A stretch of DNA of 64,000 nt from Dehalococcoidales bacterium (GCA_034414575.1 DAOULZ010000024.1:9150-73149), one strand, 5' to 3'. Numbered from the stretch's first letter, positions 7,811 through 17,562 are shown. Notes: generated by a model not told the origin, from the sequence alone. Made by a program: numbers and translations.

Positions 7811-8745
7811 TGAGGAGCTTTAGAAGCTTTAGATATCAAGATAAAGGTACCCCAGTCCACCGGCTTAATCCCTTCTCCAAGCTGGGGTGGATTACCAGCG
7901 TCCTCGTCCTTTCCCTGGTGCTTGATAGCCCCCTCTTTCTGCTGGCGGTGTTTCTGTCGACGCTGCCATTGGTGAAGGCGGCCCGGGTGTGGTCGGAGTG
8001 GCTGTCCGCTATGAGGCTGGCGCTGTATCTTTCGGCGGCGGTCATTCTCATCAATGCCCTGGTGAGTTCTCACGGCGCTCATGTCCTGTTTGAGGCTCCG
8101 TTTCACCTGCCACTGGTAGGGGTCCCGATGATAACGCTGGAAGCCATCATCTACGGGGTTGTCATGTCGCTCCGGCTGCTGTCAATAATCTCTGCCTTTG
8201 CCATACTTACCTTCACCGTTAACCCGGATGAGATGATGCTGGCGATGATAAAGATGAGGTTACCCTACAAATCGGTGCTGGTAGTTACGCTTTCCACTAG
8301 GTTTATTCCCACCCTGCTTGATGATGTCGAGCGCATTACCGATGTCCAGCGGTCGAGGGGTCTCGAGCTGGACAAGGGCAGATTAGCACGGAGAATAAAA
8401 AGCCGTGCCTCTATCGTGACCGTCCTGCTAGCTAATTCCCTTGATAGAGCAGTTCAGGTCGCCGAAGCTATGGAATCACGGGCCTTCGGTACCGGGCGAA
8501 ATCGCACTTTTTACCGCGACATAGGCTTCAGCCTGACCGATGTTACCACCCTGGTATTTTCTCTACTGCCGGCGGCGCTGGGCATCTTTATGGGGCTCAA
8601 GGGATACGGACAGTATCAGTATTACCCTACCGTGTCGTGGATAAACCCTACCGGCTGGGAGGCGTGGTTGCTGGTGTTAATGATAGTGCTGCTGGTGGCA
8701 CAGCTGCCGCTGGCATATCTGAAGCGGAGGGTTGACCTTGATTAG
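7810..8745 (+). CDS. ecfT: ECF transporter transmembrane (T) component, CbiQ/EcfT family
   Basis: Polytopic 311-aa protein with the EcfT C-terminal coupling-helix region (TDVQRSRGLEL...AEAMESRAFG). The GTG start overlaps the upstream stop codon (7808-7810). Confidence 0.85.
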   Translation: MRSFRSFRYQDKGTPVHRLNPFSKLGWITSVLVLSLVLDSPLFLLAVFLSTLPLVKAARVWSEWLSAMRLALYLSAAVILINALVSSHGAHVLFEAPFHLPLVGVPMITLEAIIYGVVMSLRLLSIISAFAILTFTVNPDEMMLAMIKMRLPYKSVLVVTLSTRFIPTLLDDVERITDVQRSRGLELDKGRLARRIKSRASIVTVLLANSLDRAVQVAEAMESRAFGTGRNRTFYRDIGFSLTDVTTLVFSLLPAALGIFMGLKGYGQYQYYPTVSWINPTGWEAWLLVLMIVLLVAQLPLAYLKRRVDLD

Positions 8746-10417
8746 AATCGAAAACCTGACCTTCTTTTATAGCAACATTAATCATCCTGCCCTCAAGGAC
8801 ATTAGTCTGGAAATCGGGGATGGGGAGTTTGTTCTGGTGACCGGGCCCTCCGGGGGTGGTAAGTCCAGCCTGTGCCGCTGCCTTAATGGTCTCATACCCC
8901 ACTTTTACGGCGGAAAGATTTACGGCCGGGTACTGGTTGCCGGGATGGATACGCTCGAACACTCTACCAAAGAACTGGCGACCAAGGTCGGCTTCGTGTT
9001 TCAGGACCCGGAGAGTCAGCTGGTGAGCATGGATGTGGAGCGGGAGGTTGCTTTTGGTCTGGAGAACCTCGGCTTTCCCCGGGACCTTATCGCCAAGCGG
9101 GTGGAGGAATCACTGGATACGCTCGGTATCGCCGGCCTCCGTTACCGGCAGCTCAGTGAGCTCTCCGGTGGGGAGAAGCAGAAGGTTGCCATTGCCTCGG
9201 TACTGGCGCTTCACCCCAGCGTTCTAATACTGGATGAGCCGACTTCAGAGCTGGACCCTAAGGGGGCGGAAGAGGTGCTGTCGGTAATAACCCGCCTCAA
9301 CGATGAACTCGGCCTTACGGTAATACTGATCGAGCACCGGCTCGATAGGGTGCTTCAGTATGCCGACCGATTAATAGTCCTGAGTGAGGGGATGGTGGCT
9401 ATTGACGGGGGGGTCAGAGATATCATAACTAATCGCTACCCCGAGCTTTCCAGAATTGGCGTTGGGGTTCCCCCCATGATCCGCCTGATTCAGGAGTTGC
9501 GTAATAAGGGCATCAAGATAGATAAAGTCCCTCTTACCGTTAAGGAAGGGCGGGCTATACTTAGGAAAACCTTAGATAAAACAACGCCTGTTCGAGATAC
9601 TGAGGGGGGTAACGGACGGGGGGTCGCTGATACTCTGGTCGAGGTCAAGAGGCTCTGGTATACCTACCCGAGTGGACTCCTTGCCCTGAGAAACGTGAAT
9701 CTGAGGATCGGCGAGGCGGAGTTCGTCACCATCATGGGGCGAAATGCCTCGGGCAAAACCACGCTGGCCAAGCATTTTAACCGTCTTCTGATACCGACCA
9801 AGGGCAGAATCAGGGTTGGCGGCCTTGATACCAGAGAGGCGACGATTGCGGAGCTGGCGAGAAAGGTCGGCTTCGTTTTTCAGAACCCTAACGATCATCT
9901 CTTCGCTGACACCGTCCATGATGAGATTGCCTTTACCCTGAAGAATTTGGGCTTTAGCCGCGAGGAGATAAGACTGCGCACCGCTGAGATGCTGGAGAGG
10001 TTTCAACTCACCGAATATCAGGATCAATATCCGCGTTCCTTGAGTGGTGGGGAAAAGCAGCGGGTGGCTCTGGCTTCGGTCCTGGCGACGAGACCCAAGG
10101 TTTTAATTCTTGATGAACCGACCCGGGGGATGGATTATCGGCTGAAAAGCGAGCTGATGCGGTTCCTGGACGAATACCGTTCCGAAGGCAACACGGTGGT
10201 TTTGGTAACCCACGATGTCGAGATAGTAGCTGAATATGCCGACCGGGTTATCCTCCTGAGTGAAGGCAAGGTTATCGTCGATGGGGAGAAACACCAGGTT
10301 CTATCTCAGGCTCTCCTTTTTTCACCGCAAATAAACCGCCTGGCACAATCATTCGAACGGTACGGCGTCTCTAACAGGATACTGACCGTTAGCGAGGCTC
10401 TAGGTATTCTGTCGTGA
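8732..10417 (+). CDS. ecfA: Fused tandem ECF/ABC ATPase (EcfA-EcfA')
   Basis: Two complete ABC domains. The first has GPSGGGKSS, LSGGEKQKVAIA and ILDEPTSELD. The second has GRNASGKTT, LSGGEKQRVALA and ILDEPTRGMD. Confidence 0.9.
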   Translation: MTLIRIENLTFFYSNINHPALKDISLEIGDGEFVLVTGPSGGGKSSLCRCLNGLIPHFYGGKIYGRVLVAGMDTLEHSTKELATKVGFVFQDPESQLVSMDVEREVAFGLENLGFPRDLIAKRVEESLDTLGIAGLRYRQLSELSGGEKQKVAIASVLALHPSVLILDEPTSELDPKGAEEVLSVITRLNDELGLTVILIEHRLDRVLQYADRLIVLSEGMVAIDGGVRDIITNRYPELSRIGVGVPPMIRLIQELRNKGIKIDKVPLTVKEGRAILRKTLDKTTPVRDTEGGNGRGVADTLVEVKRLWYTYPSGLLALRNVNLRIGEAEFVTIMGRNASGKTTLAKHFNRLLIPTKGRIRVGGLDTREATIAELARKVGFVFQNPNDHLFADTVHDEIAFTLKNLGFSREEIRLRTAEMLERFQLTEYQDQYPRSLSGGEKQRVALASVLATRPKVLILDEPTRGMDYRLKSELMRFLDEYRSEGNTVVLVTHDVEIVAEYADRVILLSEGKVIVDGEKHQVLSQALLFSPQINRLAQSFERYGVSNRILTVSEALGILS

Positions 10418-11157
10418 AACCGAGATATATCTTTCTGTTAGTGATTATCGGGCTGTGCGCCGCCGCTTTTGCAGCCCCGGTATTCAGTCCCTCGCCGCTT
10501 GATATCCTGCAGAACTGGGGGCTTATGTCGGTTATTCTGGTTGCCCTGACCATCGGTGCCTTCTTCTTTGAATTCGAGGGGAGCGCTATCGGCTCCAAGG
10601 AAATAGCCCTTATCGGCATACTGGGTACCGTTTCCGCCGTGGTCAGAATTCCCTTTGCCGCCGTCCCCAGTGTCCAGCCGTGCACCTACCTGATAATATG
10701 CGCGGGGTACGTCTTCGGCCCGCTGGCTGGATTTATGGTGGGGGCAATAACGGCCCTTATCTCTAACTTCTTTCTCGGACAGGGTCCCTGGACCATCTAT
10801 CAGATGTTTGCCTGGGGGATGGCGGGGGTCAGTGCCAGTTACCTGAAGCGTCTCAATCCGGGTCGGGGAAAGCTCTTGGCTTTTGGTATTCTCTGGGGTT
10901 ACCTCTTTGGCCTCATAGTCAATACTTGGTTCTGGGCCGCCTTCATCTACCCCCTGACACCGAGGACTTTCATTGTATCTCAGCTTAATAGCCTCTGGTT
11001 CGATACTGCCCATGCTGTGGCCAATGCCATCTTCCTGGGACTACTGGGTAAGAAGACCATCGATATTCTGGAGAGGTTTCATAAGAAATTCCAGTGGCAG
11101 GCACTCGGGCAAAGCCTGACGAATGCGGTTGTTGTGCCTAAAGCCGTCCTAAGGTGA
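10414..11157 (+). CDS. ECF transporter substrate-capture (S) component, substrate unknown
   Basis: 247 aa with about 6 TM segments and a typical S-component layout. The start overlaps the ecfA stop in GTGA (10414-10417). I cannot assign the subfamily by eye. Confidence 0.65.
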   Translation: MKPRYIFLLVIIGLCAAAFAAPVFSPSPLDILQNWGLMSVILVALTIGAFFFEFEGSAIGSKEIALIGILGTVSAVVRIPFAAVPSVQPCTYLIICAGYVFGPLAGFMVGAITALISNFFLGQGPWTIYQMFAWGMAGVSASYLKRLNPGRGKLLAFGILWGYLFGLIVNTWFWAAFIYPLTPRTFIVSQLNSLWFDTAHAVANAIFLGLLGKKTIDILERFHKKFQWQALGQSLTNAVVVPKAVLR

Positions 11158-11277
11158 GTTACGGTAGCTCAGTTGGTGTGGTACCAGTAAAAATTGGCTG
11201 TGTTGCTTCATTGAACATTGGCCGAACTAGCGTTTCGTGCACATGGGAAATCCACTGTAATTGAACTTAAATGAAAG

Positions 11278-11964
11278 GTGACTGATAAATCTATGAGCTA
11301 TATTGTATCCTGGAGTGGTGGTAAGGAAAGTTGCCTAACTTTATATGAGGCGATGGGCAAAGGGTATAAAATTTCTCACCTGGTGAACTTCATTTCCGAG
11401 GAATCTCATAGGGTAAGTTTTCATGGCACAGAGGCTCGGCTGATTCAGCTTCAAAGCCAAGCCATAGGGATTCCTCTTTTGCAGAAAAGGGCCGGCTGGG
11501 GTAAGTATGAGCAAGATTTTAAGGATGCAGTGCGTAGTCTAATTCCTGGTGGTGTGGAGGGCATGGTTTTTGGTGATATTTATCTTCAAGAGCACAAAGA
11601 TTGGGTTGAGAAAGTTTGTGCTGAACTAGGTATTGAGGCGATTGAGCCACTCTGGGGCAGGAACACGGAAGAGGTATTACTTAGCTTCATCAATAGCGGG
11701 TTCGAAGCGGTTATCGTCAGTGCCCAATCTGAACTGGTCGACGAAGATTGGATTGGTCAGCGAGTAGATAAGGCATTCATGGAGTACCTTGGGAGCAGGA
11801 ACATTGATCTGTGTGGGGAGAATGGCGAGTACCATACCCTTGTGGTTAACGGGCCTATTTTCCGGCGACAAATAAAACTGATTGAGAGTAGGACTATTGC
11901 TAGGGACCGCTATTGGTTCTTGAATACTGTTAGATATAAGCTTGGTCGGGGTGAGAGGACTTGA
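11278..11964 (+). CDS. PP-loop ATP pyrophosphatase of the Dph6/MJ0570-like family
   Basis: SWSGGKES PP-loop (SGGKDS type) at the N-terminus, about 225 aa. The start may be the ATG at 11293. The last 22 nt overlap tRNA-Pro on the opposite strand. Confidence 0.6.
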   Translation: MTDKSMSYIVSWSGGKESCLTLYEAMGKGYKISHLVNFISEESHRVSFHGTEARLIQLQSQAIGIPLLQKRAGWGKYEQDFKDAVRSLIPGGVEGMVFGDIYLQEHKDWVEKVCAELGIEAIEPLWGRNTEEVLLSFINSGFEAVIVSAQSELVDEDWIGQRVDKAFMEYLGSRNIDLCGENGEYHTLVVNGPIFRRQIKLIESRTIARDRYWFLNTVRYKLGRGERT

Positions 11965-12019
11965 ACCTCCGACCTCAGCGTCCCAAACGCTGCGCGCTAG
12001 CCAACTGCGCCACACCCCG
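11943..12019 (-). tRNA. tRNA-Pro (anticodon UGG), CCA encoded
   Basis: The reverse complement reads CGGGGTG-TG-GCGC-AGTTGGCTA-GCGC-G-CAGCG-TTTGGGA-CGCTG-AGGTC-GGAGG-TTCAAGT-CCTCT-CACCCCG-A-CCA. The cloverleaf is complete with a TGG anticodon. Confidence 0.9.
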
Positions 12020-12079
12020 CTTAAGGAGAATATAGCAGACCGCCTACCGAGGGTCAAGCTGGTAACAGTTGGTTGGGTC

Positions 12080-12814
12080 TCATTCCCTGCAGTCGGGGCA
12101 GACCTCAAAGGCATCCGGGGACAAGCCGGCTATCTTGGTGATGTACGCTAGTTGCCTTTCTGGAGCCCAGTACTTCCCGCACTTAGCGCACTTCTTCAGC
12201 TTGAACTCCATGGTTACATGGGGCATGGTAATTGTCCTGGTATCACCAGAGTCCTCAAAGCTAATCGCCCCGGTGGGGCAAACGTAGGCGCAGGAACCAC
12301 AACCGATACAGGCCTCGGAGAAGTCGTTGAAGGGGGTGGTCATCCGTCGGTCAACACCCCGATTAGCTAGGCTGATCGCCGAGACCCCTACCATCTCTTG
12401 GCACACCCGGTTACACAAGGCACAGAGAATACATTTCTGATTACCCTCTTCGGGTTTGAAGCGTGAGCCGTCAATACCCAGCCTTTTAGCCCAGTCCTGA
12501 ATGACGTCAGAATCAGGGCACCGGGCCAAAAGTAGCTTAATCACCATGCGGCGGACATTTATAACTCGCTCTGTGTCGGTCTTTACCGTGAGCCCCTCCT
12601 CCACTGGGTAGAGACAGGAGGCCACCAGCCTCTCCCGCCCACGGTGGGTGGTAATCTCCACCATGCAGAGACGGCAGGCACCGTAGGGAGCCACTTCTTC
12701 GTGATAGCAGAGCGCCGGGATGTCAATGCCGTTCTCCCTGGCTACCTCAAGGACTACCTTTCCTGCCTCCGCCTGAATTTCCCGCCCGTCAATATTCAGT
12801 GTCACCATCATCAC
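12080..12814 (-). CDS. NuoG/HydA-N-terminal-like Fe-S protein (2Fe-2S plus several 4Fe-4S) with no catalytic domain
   Basis: N-terminal 2Fe-2S ferredoxin (CYHEEVAPYGACRLC), then CILCALCNRVC and CIGCGSCAYVCPTG clusters, then a C-terminal CAKCG...CPDC Cys4 motif. Only 244 aa, and tRNA-Pro lies 60 nt downstream, so nothing is missing. Confidence 0.75.
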   Translation of the reverse strand: MMMVTLNIDGREIQAEAGKVVLEVARENGIDIPALCYHEEVAPYGACRLCMVEITTHRGRERLVASCLYPVEEGLTVKTDTERVINVRRMVIKLLLARCPDSDVIQDWAKRLGIDGSRFKPEEGNQKCILCALCNRVCQEMVGVSAISLANRGVDRRMTTPFNDFSEACIGCGSCAYVCPTGAISFEDSGDTRTITMPHVTMEFKLKKCAKCGKYWAPERQLAYITKIAGLSPDAFEVCPDCRE

Positions 12815-12820
12815 ATACCT

Positions 12821-14677
12821 TTACCTTACTTCGATGGCTCCCAGCTTACACACGTCATAGCAAGCCCCGCATTTGATACACTTCTCCTGGTCCAGGATAA
12901 CTGGCTTCTTCTTCCCTCTGGAGGTTATAGCTTCCTGGGGGCAAGCCTTGATACAGAGCCCGCACCCCGGGCATTTCTCCTCAATAATCTGGTAGGTAAT
13001 CAGGGCTTTACAGACACCGGCGGGGCATTTCTTGTCTTTGATGTGAGCCTGGTATTCATCTCGGAAGTAGCGCAGCGTGGTTAGCACCGGATTGGGAGCC
13101 GTGCCGCCCAGAGCGCACAGCGCTCCGTCAGCCAGGGCGGCTGAGAGCTGCTCCAAAAGTTCAATATCCCCTTCCTTACCTCTACCTTCGGTAATATCGC
13201 CCAGTACTTCCCGCATCCGCTTTAACCCCTCACGGCAGGGAACGCATTTACCGCATGATTCCCCCTCGAGGAAGTTGATGAAGTACTTGGCAATGTCCAC
13301 CATGCAGTTATCCTCGTCCGTGACAATCATGCCACCGGAACCCATCATGGAGCCAGCCTGGTTGAGTTCGTCAAAATCCACCGGTAGGTCGAGCAGGCTC
13401 TCCGGGATGATCCCTCCGGAGGGGCCGCCTGTCTGGACTCCCTTGAATTTCTTGCCCCCGGGAATACCGCCCCCAATATCATAGATTATCTTTCTCAGGG
13501 TTATCCCCATGGGCACTTCCACGAGGCCGGTATTATTAACCTTGCCCACCAGGGAGAAAATCTTGGTGCCCTTACTATTCTCGGTGCCCGTCTTGGCGTA
13601 CCAGTCGGCCCCCTTATTGATAATTATCGGGACATTGGCCCAGGTCTCTACATTGTTTAGGGTGGTGGGCATATCCCACAGCCCCTTCTCTACAGTGTGG
13701 ATATATTTTGCCTTTGGCTCACCGGGTTTACCCTCCAGCGAGGCCATCAGCGCCGATGACTCACCACAGATAAAGGCTCCGCCGCCTCGGTTTATCCTGA
13801 TGCTGAAATCAAAACCGGAGTCGAGAATATTTTTACCCAGCAGACCGTACTCTTCAGCCTGCTTGATGGCCAGTTGAATATTCTTTACCGCTAGCGGGTA
13901 CTCGTAGCGGACGTAGACGTAACCATGGTGACTACCAATAGCGTAAGCCCCGATTATCATCCCCTCGACGACGCTGTGCGGGTTACCTTCCACCAGGCTC
14001 CTATCCATATAAGCCCCGGGGTCGCCCTCATCGGCGTTGCAGATGACGTAGCGGGTATCACCCTTGGCCTTGCGGCAGGATTCCCACTTAACGCCAGTGG
14101 GGAAGCCACCGCCACCCCGCCCGCGCAGGCCGGATTTCTTGACCTCACTGATTATGTCTTCCGAGGACATTTTAAAGAGCGCCTTAGCTAGGGCCGCGTA
14201 GCCACCAACCGCCAGATAGTCATCAATTGAGGTCGGGTCAATATAGCCGTTGTTCCCAAAGACAAGCCGCTTTTGCAGTTTGTAGAAGGGAACTTCAGAC
14301 TCGTGGACTAGCTTCTTACCGGTATCAGGGTCGGTATAGAGCAGACGGTCAATAATTTTACCATCAAGAATGGTCTCGGAGATTATCTCGGGGACATCCT
14401 CCACCCGGACTCGCTGGTAGAAAATATCCTTCGGTCTGATGACTACCAGTGGGCCTCGTTCGCAGAAACCGTGACAGCCGGTAGCCCTGATATCGACCTT
14501 GTCCCCTAAACCGCGCTGCTCAATTTCTTGCTGGAAAGCGGCGGTTACCTTCTCGCAGCCATAGGCGTGGCATCCGGTACCGCTACAGATTGTAATACAC
14601 AGCCTATCGGGGTCGCGCTGGCTTATTATTGATTCTCTCAGAGTTTCCAGTTCTCTAGGAGAGCTTAATCTCTTCAA
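12821..14677 (-). CDS. NuoF/HydB/HndC-like NAD(P)H-binding FMN Fe-S flavoprotein
   Basis: 618 aa. It has an N-terminal thioredoxin-like 2Fe-2S ([11 protein letters not shown]...[10 protein letters not shown]), the [20 protein letters not shown] site, [12 protein letters not shown] (N3 cluster) and C-terminal 2x[4Fe-4S] ([23 protein letters not shown]). Confidence 0.85.
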   Translation of the reverse strand: MKRLSSPRELETLRESIISQRDPDRLCITICSGTGCHAYGCEKVTAAFQQEIEQRGLGDKVDIRATGCHGFCERGPLVVIRPKDIFYQRVRVEDVPEIISETILDGKIIDRLLYTDPDTGKKLVHESEVPFYKLQKRLVFGNNGYIDPTSIDDYLAVGGYAALAKALFKMSSEDIISEVKKSGLRGRGGGGFPTGVKWESCRKAKGDTRYVICNADEGDPGAYMDRSLVEGNPHSVVEGMIIGAYAIGSHHGYVYVRYEYPLAVKNIQLAIKQAEEYGLLGKNILDSGFDFSIRINRGGGAFICGESSALMASLEGKPGEPKAKYIHTVEKGLWDMPTTLNNVETWANVPIIINKGADWYAKTGTENSKGTKIFSLVGKVNNTGLVEVPMGITLRKIIYDIGGGIPGGKKFKGVQTGGPSGGIIPESLLDLPVDFDELNQAGSMMGSGGMIVTDEDNCMVDIAKYFINFLEGESCGKCVPCREGLKRMREVLGDITEGRGKEGDIELLEQLSAALADGALCALGGTAPNPVLTTLRYFRDEYQAHIKDKKCPAGVCKALITYQIIEEKCPGCGLCIKACPQEAITSRGKKKPVILDQEKCIKCGACYDVCKLGAIEVR

Positions 14678-14698
14678 CAGCTAGTCCTTCCCTCATAG

Positions 14699-15169
14699 TT
14701 AACTATAGTTTGCCAGAACATCTTTGACCTTCTCGGTCTTCATCTGCCCGTGGTATTCTCCATCGACGATTACCACCGGCCCCAGGGCGCAAGCCCCGAC
14801 ACAGTTAACGGTTTCCAGGGTGAACTTGAGGTCTTCGGTAGTCTCCCCGGACTTGATAGCCAGGTCTCGCTCTACGGCCTCCAGGACCTTCACTGCACCC
14901 CTGACGTGGCAGGCAGTCCCCAGGCAGACGTTGATCAGGTGGCGCCCCCGTGGTGTTAGACTCAAAGCCTTAAAAAAGGTGGCGACACTATAGACCTGAC
15001 TGAGGGGGACACCGAGACCTCGGCTGACCTCCTCCAGCGCCTCTCGGGGCAAGTAATTATGTTCCGCCTGAACATCCTGTAGGATAGCTACCAGCATGCC
15101 CTTGTCATGCTGATATTTACCTAATATTGACTCTACACTGTCAGCTAAAGGCTTTTCTCCTCGGTGCAT
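14699..15169 (-). CDS. NuoE/HydC/HndA-like 2Fe-2S thioredoxin-fold subunit
   Basis: 156 aa. The CLGTACHVRG...CVGACALGPV pattern is characteristic of NuoE-type subunits. Confidence 0.85.
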   Translation of the reverse strand: MHRGEKPLADSVESILGKYQHDKGMLVAILQDVQAEHNYLPREALEEVSRGLGVPLSQVYSVATFFKALSLTPRGRHLINVCLGTACHVRGAVKVLEAVERDLAIKSGETTEDLKFTLETVNCVGACALGPVVIVDGEYHGQMKTEKVKDVLANYS

Positions 15170-16086
15170 GCTGCCTTCTCCTTGAGCTTAGCGTACTCCC
15201 TGTTTACCCTATCCTGAATCTCTTTAATCAACTCTGCGGATAGATGCCGGAACCTTCCCTGCAGCTTCAGATAGTCCTCAACCGGCCTTAGCTTGGGGAC
15301 ATCAATACTTAATCTATAATTACCATTCTCAATCTCGTATAGAGGGAATATCCCGGTTTCAACCGCTAAGCGGCCTAATTTGACACTTAAATCGGTAGGG
15401 CACCGCCAGCCAGTAGGGCAAACCGATAGGATATGAATATAGGCTGGTCCAGGTACAGCTACTCCCTTCTTTACCTTGGCCATTAAATCAAAGGGATAGC
15501 TGGGACAGGCGGTAGCGACATATGGTATGTCATGGGCGGCCGCAATTGCTGGCAGATTCTTCTTCCAGGTGACCTGTCCGATACTGACCTTGCCCGCCGG
15601 GGCTGTAGTCGTCGAAGCACCAAACGGGGTCGCCGAAGAACGCTGTATTCCGGTATTCATGTAGGCTTCATTATCGAAGCAGATATAAAGAAAGTCGTGA
15701 CCTCTCTCCAGGGCCCCGGATAATGCCTGAAGTCCAATGTCACTGGTGCCGCCGTCGCCAGCTATGGCCACCACGTTTATCTTATTGTCGGGGCGCTTGC
15801 CCTTCTTCGTAAGGGCCTTTAAGCCGGCCTCAACGCCTGAAGCTACGGCAGCCGCATTCTCAAACAGGGTATGAATCCAGGGCAGGCGCCAGGAAGTCTC
15901 CGGAAATGGTGAAGCAATCACCTCCATACAGCCGGTGGCATTAACAATTATCACATTGCGCCCCAGCGCCTTACAGGCCTGTCTTACGGCCAAAGCTTCG
16001 CCGCAACCGATACAGGCCCGGTGACCAGGGGCGAAGTTCTCCTCCCTGGTTACCAGCTTGGGCACAAAAACAGAATACTTTTCCAT
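15145..16086 (-). CDS. porB: Pyruvate:ferredoxin (2-oxoacid) oxidoreductase beta subunit (TPP-binding)
   Basis: GHRACIGCGEALA N-terminus and the GDGGTSDIG TPP motif, 313 aa. Confidence 0.85.
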   Translation of the reverse strand: MEKYSVFVPKLVTREENFAPGHRACIGCGEALAVRQACKALGRNVIIVNATGCMEVIASPFPETSWRLPWIHTLFENAAAVASGVEAGLKALTKKGKRPDNKINVVAIAGDGGTSDIGLQALSGALERGHDFLYICFDNEAYMNTGIQRSSATPFGASTTTAPAGKVSIGQVTWKKNLPAIAAAHDIPYVATACPSYPFDLMAKVKKGVAVPGPAYIHILSVCPTGWRCPTDLSVKLGRLAVETGIFPLYEIENGNYRLSIDVPKLRPVEDYLKLQGRFRHLSAELIKEIQDRVNREYAKLKEKAACTEEKSL

Positions 16087-17261
16087 TACTCCCTCACCCC
16101 GAACATCTCAAATTCCTGCTCGCTACCAGTCTGTGCAATCTCAATACCACGGTTAATTATCTCTCTGAAGCCTTCCGGGGAAATATCTCTGCCTCCTAGG
16201 CCGCCAACAAAACCAATTACCTTGGGCTTTTTATCTAATCCATACAAGGCGGACCTAATCTCAGAGGAGACTGGTCCCCCTGGTCCGCCAAAGGAGAGTG
16301 CTCTATCTAGGATGATGAGCACCTCGGCGTCCCTAACGGCACTGCGGATTTCGTCAAAGGGGAAGGGACGCCATAACCGGAGCTTTATTAGCCCTACTTT
16401 GTTGCCTTCTTCCCGGACGGTGTCGATGGCACTCATAGCCGTCTCGCTAAAGCTACCCATGGCTAACAAGAGCACCTTAGCCTTTTCACACCGGTAGCAT
16501 TCTAGCGGAGAGTATGAGCGACCGAAGACGTTACCAAACTCCTGCCAGCACTGCGAAATTACCTCTTTGGATGCCTCCAGGCTCATCTGCTGGGCTTTTT
16601 TGACCTCAGGGTATATGTAGGGCGGGCCGAAAGCCCCCATGCTTACTGGCCGGTCAGGATCCAGAGGCAGTGGGTACTTGCATGGAGGCAGAAACCTCGC
16701 TACGTCACTCGGTTCCGGTATATATATTGGTTCAATGACGTGTGTCAGGTGAAATCCATCCAGGTGAACCATTACCGGCAGCAAAACCCTCTGGTCTTCA
16801 GCAATACGGAAGGCACAGAGCACGTTGTCAAAAGTCTCCTGACCATTGGCGGCGAATATCTGAATCCAGCCGGTATCGCGAACAGACATGACATCTGAGT
16901 GGTCACCCCAGATACTTATCGGCGCCGATAAAGCTCGATTAGCCACCGCCATAACTATCGGGAAGCGCATCGACGAGGCCACATATAACGCCTCGTGCAT
17001 GAGCTCCAACCCCTGAGCAGCAGTGGCGGTAAAGGTTCTGGCGCCGACGGCGGCAGAACCAAGACAGGCACTCATCGCCGAATGTTCCGATTCAACGGGA
17101 ATAAAGGAGGCCTCCAGTTCACCATTGGCTACCAGCTCTGCGATATCCTCAACGATGTGAGTCTGAGGAGTAATAGGATAGGCGGATACCACATCCACGT
17201 TAGCTAGCTTAACGGCTATGGCAACCGATCGTGAAACCTCGATACCTATCCTTTGTGCCAT
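16086..17261 (-). CDS. porA: Pyruvate:ferredoxin oxidoreductase alpha subunit
   Basis: Typical PorA N-terminus MAQRIGIEVSRSVAIAVKLANVDVVSAYPITPQT. I use the internal ATG at 17261. It overlaps the porD stop in TAATG, and the longer ORF to 17327 is read-through into porD. Confidence 0.85.
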   Translation of the reverse strand: MAQRIGIEVSRSVAIAVKLANVDVVSAYPITPQTHIVEDIAELVANGELEASFIPVESEHSAMSACLGSAAVGARTFTATAAQGLELMHEALYVASSMRFPIVMAVANRALSAPISIWGDHSDVMSVRDTGWIQIFAANGQETFDNVLCAFRIAEDQRVLLPVMVHLDGFHLTHVIEPIYIPEPSDVARFLPPCKYPLPLDPDRPVSMGAFGPPYIYPEVKKAQQMSLEASKEVISQCWQEFGNVFGRSYSPLECYRCEKAKVLLLAMGSFSETAMSAIDTVREEGNKVGLIKLRLWRPFPFDEIRSAVRDAEVLIILDRALSFGGPGGPVSSEIRSALYGLDKKPKVIGFVGGLGGRDISPEGFREIINRGIEIAQTGSEQEFEMFGVRE

Positions 17262-17557
17262 TACTCCTCCTCCTCTTCCACCATGGTAATGGCTCTTGTC
17301 CAGCACTCGCGGGCACAGATACCGCATCCCTTGCAGTAGAACAGATTGGCTTCGTAAAATCCTTCTTGGTTCGGCTCAATACACCCCTCGGGGCAAAAGA
17401 TAGAGCAAAGACCGCACTTTATACACCGGCTGTGCTCATAGGTTGGCTTCTGGGTTCGCCAATCCCCGGTCTGGTTCTGGCTGGCGCTACCGGCCTCGGT
17501 TATTATGGAACCAATCTCAAGTTCTTTCCAGGTTATTTCATTTCCGGGTTTGGTCAC
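17261..17557 (-). CDS. porD: Pyruvate:ferredoxin oxidoreductase delta subunit (2x[4Fe-4S] ferredoxin)
   Basis: 98 aa with CIKCGLCSIFCP and CKGCGICARECW motifs. Confidence 0.85.
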   Translation of the reverse strand: MTKPGNEITWKELEIGSIITEAGSASQNQTGDWRTQKPTYEHSRCIKCGLCSIFCPEGCIEPNQEGFYEANLFYCKGCGICARECWTRAITMVEEEEE

Positions 17558-17562
17558 TCGTG

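Noticed and set aside
11161-11230. tRNA-like D-arm sequence GGTAGCTCAGTTGGT just after the S-component gene.
   Set aside because: I could find no matching acceptor stem, anticodon arm or T-arm (GTTCRANYC), so it does not fold into a cloverleaf. It is at best a fragment or a chance match.
11943-12080. Possibility that the short NuoG-like gene is truncated by a selenocysteine UGA or an assembly break, with a catalytic domain continuing downstream.
   Set aside because: A complete tRNA-Pro sits 60 nt downstream on the same strand, followed by a convergent gene. There is no room or reading frame for a hydrogenase or molybdopterin domain.
16086-17327. ORF-track version of porA starting at 17327.
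   Set aside because: The first 22 codons overlap the porD coding region out of frame. The internal ATG at 17261 gives the conserved PorA N-terminus and the usual TAATG coupling.
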